A stretch of DNA of 64,000 nucleotides from an uncultured Oscillospiraceae bacterium (GTDB taxonomy: Bacteria; Bacillota; Clostridia; Oscillospirales; Ruminococcaceae), in contig CAZUOY010000004.1 of NCBI GenBank assembly GCA_964622315.1, positions 2,064 through 66,063 of the forward strand, in the 5' to 3' direction. Below, piece by piece: positions 27,235-34,967 of this stretch; within the stretch, counting starts at the first letter, position 1, and each line of letters begins with the position of its first letter. The notes under the pieces were generated by a model. The model saw only the letters and a program-made list of their open reading frames with translations, did not search any database and was not told where the DNA came from. The translations under genes were made by a program, and so were the position numbers.

Positions 27235-27414
27235 ATGAGAGCGACAGGTATAGTAAGAAGGATAGACGACCTCGGACGGGTGGTAATACCTAAGGAGATA
27301 CGGCGCACGATGCGGATTCGCGAGGGCGAGCCGCTTCTGACAACATTGACAAGGGAAGAAAGCTTCTGCATAGCCATCAATAATTTCTACCGCCGCTGCG
27401 TAAAGACGAGCTGA
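27235..27414 (+). pseudogene. spoVT: spoVT 5' segment (AbrB-type DNA-binding domain, codons 1-34) fused to 25 element-encoded codons
   Basis: Translation MRATGIVRRIDDLGRVVIPKEIRRTMRIREGEPL then LTTLTREESFCIAINNFYRRCVKTS-stop. Below the ORF-track length cutoff; found by reading the + strand under the spurious minus ORF 27187..27525. Confidence 0.85.
27323..27336 (+). repeat. attL core (14-bp direct repeat)
   Basis: AGGGCGAGCCGCTT, in the codons for EGEPL of spoVT. Confidence 0.8.
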
Positions 27415-27526
27415 AAAGCGCCTGAAATAGGGCATATACATAAAATTGCACAAGTTTACAAGAACCGTTAAGCCGTCTACCCATTCTCGTTCACAAATGT
27501 GAAAGATGGCTTGTTGTTTATTCAAT

Positions 27527-27555
27527 TTGACAATAAAATTTAATTTGAGTATACT
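27527..27555 (+). promoter_or_regulatory. Near-consensus sigma-A promoter driving the NTase/HTH pair
   Basis: TTGACA - 17 nt - TATACT. Confidence 0.6.
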
Positions 27556-27564
27556 AACGATAGA

Positions 27565-28116
27565 TTGATTAATACTATTAATGAAAAGAGTAAAATGATG
27601 CTTGGAAGAGATGAATTGATAGAAAGACTGAAACGATTTGATGAAGATATTTCATTAGCATATGAAAATATAGATGATTTCAATGTTTATATTGTTGGCG
27701 GAAGTGCGCTCATTCTAATGAAATATATCCTTCGCGGTACGCATGATATCGATATACTCAACAAGATGAACTCTGAAATAGTTGAGATTATGGAGAAGTA
27801 CGATATAAACAACAGAGTGTCGGCGTATATTGACAGCTTTGCGGATGACTACAAAAAGCGGGCGGTGGAAATACCAATAGAGGGGTGTAAGGTTAAGTAT
27901 TTTGCCCTTTCGCTTGAAGACCTCGTAATTTCAAAGCTATCCTCAAGCAGACGAACCGATGAAGAGGATATTACAAGCGACGGTGTAATTGAAAACATTG
28001 ATTGGGACACTTTAGATGAAATAGCAAAGACAACAAGAGAAGGTATGCTTAACGACAGAATTGTTGAAGAATTCAATGTGCGATATGAAAACTATGTAAG
28101 GAGGTTTAGAAAATGA
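27565..28116 (+). CDS. Nucleotidyltransferase-fold protein (DUF6036 / MNT-like)
   Basis: VYIVGGSALILMKY..RGTHDIDIL fits the G[GS]-x(9-13)-D-x-D pol-beta NTase motif. A later LEDLVISKLSSSRRTDEEDI block is present. The start may be the internal MML. Confidence 0.5.
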   Translation: MINTINEKSKMMLGRDELIERLKRFDEDISLAYENIDDFNVYIVGGSALILMKYILRGTHDIDILNKMNSEIVEIMEKYDINNRVSAYIDSFADDYKKRAVEIPIEGCKVKYFALSLEDLVISKLSSSRRTDEEDITSDGVIENIDWDTLDEIAKTTREGMLNDRIVEEFNVRYENYVRRFRK

Positions 28117-28640
28117 GACGGCTCACATTCAAGGGCTTTTTGCGACGCTATTTACAGGAGCTCTCTTTAGAGAATACCAGTTCGGTTCATAAGCTTCTTA
28201 TTGAAGCCGAATCGAACAACGCCCGTTTGTTTGAGCCGCTGCTGATATATATCGCTTTGTCGTTTGATAATGACAGACTGAATTCGATTCTTAAAAAAAG
28301 CGAGACACTGAACGATGAATATTCGCGCTACTTCAAAACAGTGTTAAGAGAAAATTTGGAGGAGTACCTCTCAAATTCAAACGATGTTCCGAAGGAGTAT
28401 ACGAAGATTTACAGAAGCTATCTCAGCGTAAGAAACCGCGTCGAGAGCGACAACGACACGAAAGCGAGGATGCGGACAAAAATACTGAAGCTGATAGAAG
28501 ATAAGGGTTACAGTGACTATAGAGTATACAAAAAGCTAAAGATAAACCCGGGTAATTACAGCGCCTTCTTTAAGCAGGGCAAGCTTGACCGGTTGAGCCT
28601 TGATAAGACGAGAGAGGTTTTAAGCTTCGTAAATCACTGA
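28113..28640 (+). CDS. Hypothetical partner protein with C-terminal HTH-like segment
   Basis: ATGA overlap with the NTase gene. C-terminal YRVYKKLKINPGNYSAFFKQGKLDRLSLDKTREVL looks XRE-like. Confidence 0.4.
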   Translation: MRRLTFKGFLRRYLQELSLENTSSVHKLLIEAESNNARLFEPLLIYIALSFDNDRLNSILKKSETLNDEYSRYFKTVLRENLEEYLSNSNDVPKEYTKIYRSYLSVRNRVESDNDTKARMRTKILKLIEDKGYSDYRVYKKLKINPGNYSAFFKQGKLDRLSLDKTREVLSFVNH

Positions 28641-28696
28641 GGAACCAAATTAGCGAACAGTCATAAAAAAATATAATGCGAACGACAGATACAGGT

Positions 28697-28734
28697 AAAA
28701 ATGGCAGGGCCAAAAGAGACCTTGCCATTTTCTT
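28697..28734. terminator. Bidirectional hairpin terminator between convergent genes
   Basis: AATGGCAGGG-ccaaaagaga-CCTTGCCATT flanked by A and T runs. Confidence 0.6.
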
Positions 28735-28868
28735 AATATCAAAATAATTAATGACCTCCAAAATCACCGTGCTGTTATTCTCGCGGTCAGCGAGCGCTAA
28801 CCCAAACAGCCAAGGGAGAAGTTTACTTCAGAATAACGGTATTTGTGGTTTCAACAATATCAGAGCTA

Positions 28869-29963
28869 TTAATGGTTATCTATGTGTTGGAGTCCTTCAC
28901 ACAAAATGTTCTGTGCGGCGTTTTGGTCGCGGTCGCATTCAAAACCGCAATTCGGGCAAAAGTATACCCTCTGAGAAAGAGAAAAAGTTGGAAGGATGTT
29001 TCCGCAAGCAGAGCATCGCTTTGTGCTCGGAAAGTACTGCGAACACTTAACAAGAATGCCGCCGGTGTCCTTTTGCGCATTGATTATTTTTTTCTCAAAA
29101 CTAACAGGGGCGTTATCGCGCATTTTAGCAGAGAGTGATGGGTTGGTTTCTTGCATTTTGTGAAAATTTAAAGTCTCTGTGCAAATAACATCGTGAGTTT
29201 CCGCGAGTCTCCGAGCTTCTTTGAATTGCCAATCTTTGCGCTGATTCTTAATATGTTGCTCAAGCTTATCGATTTTCCTGAAGGTTTCATTCCAGCGACG
29301 ACTACCTTTTTTCTTATGAGATAGAAGTTCATAAAGAGCATTAAGTCTTTCTCGCTCCGCCGCTCGGAAATGAGGACAGTCTCCCGACATGCCATTAGAG
29401 TCCACGTAAAGACCATCCTGTTTATAATCAAGCCCTATAGCAGTTTTCGTATTAATTGTTTTTTTCGGCGGGTCGTTATCGAAGCAGACAAGGACCGAAA
29501 TATAGTACTGCTTTAAAATCTTTCGATGACAAAGAGTAACCTTAACGATTTTTCCGTCTGTGGGGATAGGACGATGCAAATTGATTTCAACGTCGCCGAT
29601 TCCTTCAAGCTGTATATTTTCTTCGTCTATTAATGAGTACGTAAGGACATAGGATTTGAGTGTCCTCCATTGACCACGCTTATACAGGTAGTGTTTTCCA
29701 AACTTCTCCTCGCTTTTAATAGATTTGACGATATCTTTAATGATAAATTTTGCTGTGATTTCATCCACATCAAATCGGTCGTCAACGTTAAATTCCTCGA
29801 CCCATTGAATACGCTCTGGGAATTCTAATCCGCAATCCCGACAAGCGATAGCGAAGTCAATTATTGTATTGTATAAGAAATCCGCAGCTTTGAATCTCGC
29901 TGAGATAAGATTTTCCTGCTCCTTGGTGGGGAAAATTCTGTATTCAAAGTTTCTATAAAACAT
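28869..29963 (-). CDS. tnpB: TnpB (IS200/IS605-family OrfB, RuvC-like RNA-guided nuclease), no adjacent tnpA
   Basis: N-terminus FYRNFEYRIFPTKEQ. RuvC triad candidates IGLDYK, ICTETLNF and CDRDQNAAQNI. Zinc ribbon CSACG..CPNCG. ATG 29963 follows a GGAGGT RBS. Confidence 0.85.
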   Translation of the reverse strand: MFYRNFEYRIFPTKEQENLISARFKAADFLYNTIIDFAIACRDCGLEFPERIQWVEEFNVDDRFDVDEITAKFIIKDIVKSIKSEEKFGKHYLYKRGQWRTLKSYVLTYSLIDEENIQLEGIGDVEINLHRPIPTDGKIVKVTLCHRKILKQYYISVLVCFDNDPPKKTINTKTAIGLDYKQDGLYVDSNGMSGDCPHFRAAERERLNALYELLSHKKKGSRRWNETFRKIDKLEQHIKNQRKDWQFKEARRLAETHDVICTETLNFHKMQETNPSLSAKMRDNAPVSFEKKIINAQKDTGGILVKCSQYFPSTKRCSACGNILPTFSLSQRVYFCPNCGFECDRDQNAAQNILCEGLQHIDNH

Positions 29964-30075
29964 AATTACCTCCGCAAAAATGTTATACGAATAATCATCT
30001 TGAGAGAATAATAACAAAAATGTGACGTTGTGTCAATACATTTGTTCAAAATATGATTATATTCGTCACAATCGC

Positions 30076-30104
30076 TTGAGAATTGTAACCGTTTTTGTTA
30101 GAAT
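30076..30104 (+). promoter_or_regulatory. Sigma-A-type promoter for the XRE/hsdM unit
   Basis: TTGAGA - 17 nt - TAGAAT. Confidence 0.5.
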
Positions 30105-30135
30105 AGTAATATAAATCATTAAAGAGGAAAGAAAT

Positions 30136-30366
30136 ATGTCTGTTTGTAATAAAATTAGAGCTCTAATGAACTTAACAGGAAAAAAGACACAGGAGGTGGC
30201 AGATAGTCTTGGGATATCTCCACAAGGGCTTAGAAATAAGCTATCACGGGATAGCTTTTCGGCGGAAGACTTAATTAAAATTTCTGCATGTTTAGGCTGT
30301 GAGTTGTCGATAGCGATGGACCAAAATATAAAAATCACTTTGGATTTGACAGATTTGGAGAAGTAA
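30136..30366 (+). CDS. XRE-family helix-turn-helix protein
   Basis: KIRALMNLTGKKTQEVADSLGISPQGLRNKLSRD is a typical HTH_3 pattern; 76 aa. Confidence 0.75.
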   Translation: MSVCNKIRALMNLTGKKTQEVADSLGISPQGLRNKLSRDSFSAEDLIKISACLGCELSIAMDQNIKITLDLTDLEK

Positions 30367-30459
30367 AACGTTCAATACAATTAATTAAAACGTTGAATAG
30401 TTCAGCGGTTCATGAGTAATAGTACTAAACTGGAATTATTGCGCAAGGAAGGGCAGACG

Positions 30460-31830
30460 ATGAATAAGCAACAACTCGCAGCAAAAATATGGGAATCCGC
30501 AAATAAAATGCGTTCCAAGATTGAGGCAAATGAGTATAAAGACTATATTCTGGGTTTTATTTTTTATAAATTCCTGTCTGATAAAGAGGTTAAATATCTA
30601 AAGAGTATCGGATACACAGACAGTTCGATAAAACAAGTAGCAGAAGATATCCCGGAAGTAGTAGAGAATGTGCAAAATAACATAGGATACTTTATTGCAT
30701 ATGATAATCTTTTTTCAACATGGCTTGAGATAGGCGCAGATTTTAATGTATCAAATGTTCGTGATGCACTAGCAGCTTTTAATAGGCTTATCAGTTCATC
30801 GCATAAGAAGGTATTTGAAAAGATTTTCGATACTCTGCAAACTGGTCTGTCTAAACTTGGCGATACTTCTGGGACACAGACGAAGTCTATTAGTGACTTA
30901 ATACACCTAATCAAAGACATTCCAATGGATGGAAGACAAGACTACGATGTTCTTGGATTCATCTATGAATATCTAATCTCCAACTTTGCTGCCAATGCAG
31001 GAAAGAAAGCCGGAGAGTTCTACACTCCGCACGAAGTGTCGTTGCTGATGTCGGAAATAGTAGCTAATCACTTAAAGGAAAGGTCAGAAATTAAGATTTA
31101 TGACCCTACCAGCGGGTCGGGGTCATTGCTTATTAATATAGGCAAATGTATAGCAAAATACATGGGCGACGGTGACAGAATAAAGTATTATGCGCAAGAG
31201 CTTAAAGAAAACACATATAACTTGACACGCATGAATTTAATTATGCGTGGAATAATTCCTTCTAATGTTGTTACAAGAAACGGTGACACTCTGGAAGAAG
31301 ACTGGCCATATTTTGATGAAAGTGACCCTGTAGGTACTTATGACCCGTTATATGTTGATGCCGTTGTTTCAAATCCCCCCTATTCTCAAAACTGGAATCC
31401 CGGAGATAAGGAGAACGACCCAAGATATAAGCGTTATGGTGTCGCACCTAAGGGAAAAGCAGATTACGCATTTCTGTTGCATGACCTGTACCACATTAAA
31501 CCTGATGGAATTATGACCATTGTTCTTCCGCATGGAGTGTTGTTCCGCGGTGGCGAAGAAGCTGCCATTCGTAAGAATTTGATTGAGAACAACAATATAG
31601 ATACTATAATTGGTTTGCCTGCGAATATTTTCTTTGGTACCGGCATACCCACAATTATCATGGTATTAAGACAAATCCGTAGCAACAATGATGTGCTTAT
31701 AATTGATGCTTCAAAAGGATTTGAAAAGGTAGGAAAGAACAATAAGTTACGAGCTTCGGACATTAAAAGAGTTGTTGATGTTGTAACGAAGAGAGAAACT
31801 GTTGATAAGTACAATAACAAGCGATTTTAG
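30460..31830 (+). CDS. hsdM: Type I restriction-modification methyltransferase subunit HsdM, 3'-truncated and orphan (no hsdS/hsdR)
   Basis: HsdM_N block LAAKIWESANKMRS..EYKDYILGFIFYKFLSD, AdoMet motif IYDPTSGSGSLL, catalytic SNPPYS. Ends ..ETVDKYNNKRF where family members normally continue about 40-50 aa (..NDYNLNI.RYV). Confidence 0.75.
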   Translation: MNKQQLAAKIWESANKMRSKIEANEYKDYILGFIFYKFLSDKEVKYLKSIGYTDSSIKQVAEDIPEVVENVQNNIGYFIAYDNLFSTWLEIGADFNVSNVRDALAAFNRLISSSHKKVFEKIFDTLQTGLSKLGDTSGTQTKSISDLIHLIKDIPMDGRQDYDVLGFIYEYLISNFAANAGKKAGEFYTPHEVSLLMSEIVANHLKERSEIKIYDPTSGSGSLLINIGKCIAKYMGDGDRIKYYAQELKENTYNLTRMNLIMRGIIPSNVVTRNGDTLEEDWPYFDESDPVGTYDPLYVDAVVSNPPYSQNWNPGDKENDPRYKRYGVAPKGKADYAFLLHDLYHIKPDGIMTIVLPHGVLFRGGEEAAIRKNLIENNNIDTIIGLPANIFFGTGIPTIIMVLRQIRSNNDVLIIDASKGFEKVGKNNKLRASDIKRVVDVVTKRETVDKYNNKRF

Positions 31831-31926
31831 TTGTGAAACACACTATTGGGTGGATTTAATACAGTGGCGGTAAGAAATTAAGTCGCCAGTTCTAAATTAA
31901 TAAAGCGTTACGCAACTTCGTTTTAA

Positions 31927-32018
31927 CGTAACACTAAAAAATAAAACTGTAACACAAATGAGCTTTAACGTTACAGTAAAAAATTTTTGTGTTACATAAA
32001 ATGCTTTTTGCGTAACAC
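31927..32018. repeat. Phased array of five YGTAACAC-type motifs (both orientations) at ~21-bp spacing
   Basis: CGTAACAC 31927, TGTAACAC 31948, CGTTACAG (reverse, partial) 31969, GTGTTACA (reverse) 31989, CGTAACAC 32011. A GCGTTACGC palindrome lies at 31905. Confidence 0.7.
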
Positions 32019-32551
32019 TTATTTTCTAAATATGATTTTACGAGGGCGTTATTTAATAGCTTTTAGCAAAAACAATTTGACGCGTCCCCGAAAATCACCT
32101 AAACTTTAGTTGTTAGAAGAAAAGAAAATCAATTTTGATACGCAAATGCGGTGCCAGTAATGGTGCCGCTTTTCTTTTTCTTCTTTTTACATATATAAGT
32201 CCTTTAGGTTTCAATGAAAAAAAGATGATGGGAAAGTAGGTAAGAAAAAGCATACAGCATCGGCTCGGCAAACCGGTGCTGTGTAGCCTCTGTGGAAAAT
32301 ACAGGGGAGCCAGCTATTCGGTTATTCGCCTTGGTTTGTAGCGAATAAACGGATAGAGAATATGTTCCTTGGTTTTTGGGATGTAGAACCGGCTACGGAG
32401 TAGCGAAAAACGCCCAACCGGTGCGGTTTCCAGCCATAGTGCTGTTGCAACCGTCCATACTTAACAGGCAATTCAATAACGAAAAATACGACCCGAGGGC
32501 GATAAAATCGCCGATTCGGTTTCTTCAGAACACCTAAAGGAGGAAAGTAGC

Positions 32552-33551
32552 ATGAAGAAAGCAAAAACGAACGAAGAATATCTGAGGGAGGCTAAGGATT
32601 CCCGCTTCCGCGAACTCAACAAAATTGGTACATCGAAAAAGCAGGCACGCGATGAGTACAACGAATGGCGGAAGGAGGAGGTGAGAAAAAACGGTAAGCC
32701 GATACCGACAGATTATGCGCCATCTCCGTACATCCACGGTCTTGGTACGCTAAAGCAGTACAATGCAATTTCAGAACATTATATTACTTACATAGTAGAG
32801 AATCATCCCGAAGCTTACAAGCTGTCGTATTGCTTTAAGCATGGATTTGCACACGAATATATTCAGACCCTTATTGATAAAGGTCAGAGCGCTTGGAGTA
32901 TAGCCCGTGCCCGCGCGGCTCTTGCGAAGCTGCATGGAAAAACAGGTCCCGAAATCCATAATGACATCCCTCGCCGCGAAGCTGAAGACATCACTAAAGG
33001 CAGAATGTCAGAACTTGAATATGCTGCCGCATTGAATGAGTATGGCGACATGGTTGCATTTGCACGCTGTGTCGGAGTTAGAAGTGCCACATTCGTCACG
33101 CTGACGCCGGATTGTTTTAAAACAGACAACGAAGGGAACCTTTTTCTCCACCTTGACGGTAAGCTTAATAATACCAAGGGGGGGGAAAACCTTCGATGTA
33201 GAAATTATTCCGACAAATCAGAAGTACGTCAGAGACTATATTTCGAAGCATAACCACGATGAACTGCTTTTTCCTGAAGTGCCGAGCCACTTAAATCTGC
33301 ATGGAGTTCGTGCATTCTTCGCAAAGGACTTCTACAATTTCTATGCGCGCGATATTGATGAAATAAAAAACAATAGGACAAAATATAAAGGAAGTATGAG
33401 AAGTGCAATCTACACTCGGAGAATTGAAGGCTTGAAGCCGAGTGAGCAGCCTTCTTATGATTTTGAGGCACTGTTGAGGATGTCAAGGTCGCTTGGTCAC
33501 GAGAGGGTGTGCACCTCAATTGTGCATTATCTCTACAACGTTGACGATTAG
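32552..33551 (+). pseudogene. Tyrosine recombinase/integrase interrupted by a +1 frameshift in a G8 homopolymer (33178-33185)
   Basis: ORFs 32552..33253 and 33153..33551 overlap. Removing one G gives ..LHLDGKLNNTKGGKTFDVEIIP... Catalytic signature CVGVRSAT (Arg), LHGVRAFF (H-x-x-R), LGHER..IVHYL (His, Tyr). Confidence 0.75.
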
Positions 33552-33586
33552 CTTAATATGAAGCATCTATATTGATGATTCAATTA

Positions 33587-33595
33587 TGCTATAAT
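33587..33595 (+). promoter_or_regulatory. Extended -10 promoter element (TGcTATAAT) upstream of the orphan two-gene cassette
   Basis: TGCTATAAT read directly, followed by the inverted repeat ATATCACT-caataca-GTGATAT. Confidence 0.4.
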
Positions 33596-33889
33596 ATGTA
33601 TATCACTCAATACAGTGATATGAAAGGTTACGAATTTTGTAGATGGGACAATGTCAACGAAGTCTTGTTTGATGGGACACACATTGAAATAGAACAACAC
33701 GAGTGTCTTGATTGAAGAGGCAGAAGCTTTCATGAGTAAATGTTAAGTACAAACTCAATACTGCTTGGATGCAAGTTATGTGGGTATAGTTACAAACGAC
33801 TAAATCACAAAAACATTAAGGTAGGGAATGTAGATAGGATGCGTTCTCAACATTAACCATTTGAGATTATCCCTCACTAAGGAGAAATT

Positions 33890-34870
33890 ATGAATAATAG
33901 TAAGGACGACACATTAAACTCTTTTCTTGATAGGTCTGAAAAAAAGATAAAAACGTTTAAATATAGTGTAACTGATAAACAATGGAATGAACTTGTAGGG
34001 TTTTATAATTACCTTACTTTTTGGGTTAATGGTTATCAACAGTTGCTTTATTATCTCCGAGAAAGACAGAATCTTGTTGAATTACATCGCACTGGTATAC
34101 CTATCACCTTATATATACATGATAAATACCACGAGGCAACAGCAGAGGTAATAAGTCAGTATCGTACTTTTTTTGAACATAGTAAGCAATTGCTAAATGC
34201 TTTTGTAGTTTTGCTCGGTCATATAATTGCAGACCATGAATTCAACAGAGTAAAAACCAGTAGTTTCGGAAAATGTATAAATTCATTTAGTAATGTTTCA
34301 GAATTCAATAATAAGTGTTTGAATAAACTTAAGGCATTATTTACTAAAGTTGGAAAGTTGATTGACAATACTATCTGTGAATATCGTGATAAACATGTTG
34401 AGCACGCAAAACTGTTAGGAGTAGGCGTAGCTCGAACATTCGGAGACTCGATGGTGTTAATTCACGATAAAGATGAAACACCTCCAATGTTATATCCCAT
34501 AGAAAAGGTAAAAGGTGTTTCGCGAATGTCAATATTCATTGATTACATAGGGATTCAGAGTACAAATGGAGGTACAGACTATATCTATCATATTAAGTCA
34601 AACAAAAATAAAGGAGATAGCGTTAGAACTGGTGAATGCATTGGACCCGCTTATGTAGATAGTTCTGGTATACACTTTGAAGAATATGGAAAGCACTATC
34701 ATGAATTTTCGTCAGAGAGTCGCAAGGTGCTCTATCCAGTTGCTTCACCAATACATAAAGGAACCACTTCACCGAAATCCGATGATTCTTTTGATATAAT
34801 GTGTTGTTTTATAGAAGAATGTTTGGGTATACTTTCTGAGTATGTCAAATCCTCCTCTGACAAAGAATAG
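33890..34870 (+). CDS. Hypothetical protein A of orphan cassette (helical N half, beta-rich C half)
   Basis: Strong RBS AAGGAGAAATT before the ATG; AT-rich codon usage. The only motif-like element is YRDKHVEH (R-x5-H) at aa 165-172. Confidence 0.6.
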   Translation: MNNSKDDTLNSFLDRSEKKIKTFKYSVTDKQWNELVGFYNYLTFWVNGYQQLLYYLRERQNLVELHRTGIPITLYIHDKYHEATAEVISQYRTFFEHSKQLLNAFVVLLGHIIADHEFNRVKTSSFGKCINSFSNVSEFNNKCLNKLKALFTKVGKLIDNTICEYRDKHVEHAKLLGVGVARTFGDSMVLIHDKDETPPMLYPIEKVKGVSRMSIFIDYIGIQSTNGGTDYIYHIKSNKNKGDSVRTGECIGPAYVDSSGIHFEEYGKHYHEFSSESRKVLYPVASPIHKGTTSPKSDDSFDIMCCFIEECLGILSEYVKSSSDKE

Positions 34871-34967
34871 TTTCTCCAAGCATTGTGTCCGAATGTCTAT
34901 TAATCTATATACAAGAAGCGAAATGTTATAGAAGAGTAAAAAATCAGTTTAACAGAAAGGGAAATTT

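Noticed and set aside
27187-27525. 112-aa minus-strand ORF covering the attL region
   Set aside because: It is antisense to a clean AbrB/SpoVT N-domain reading frame with its own RBS. It has no RBS and no recognisable motif, so it is treated as a shadow ORF.
31927-32018. Possible degenerate CRISPR or minisatellite
   Set aside because: The conserved unit is only 7-8 bp, occurs in both orientations and is spaced ~21 bp apart. That fits a protein-binding site array, not CRISPR.
32085-32095. Shared 11-mer TCCCCGAAAAT in the spacers of two promoter-like elements (32085-32095 and 43484-43494)
   Set aside because: An 11-mer repeated once in 64 kb is expected by chance many times over. The positional coincidence is suggestive but not sufficient.
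32322-32737. Three overlapping minus-strand ORFs (62-80 aa) upstream of and inside the 5' end of the tyrosine recombinase gene
   Set aside because: They have no RBS and no motifs, and they overlap each other and the recombinase start. The region is better explained as noncoding structured DNA/RNA.
33620-33715. 31-aa ORF (MKGYEFCRWDNVNEVLFDGTHIEIEQHECLD) in the leader of the orphan cassette
   Set aside because: There is no Shine-Dalgarno sequence in front and it overlaps the palindrome and direct repeats. It is kept only as a note in case a leader peptide is later supported.
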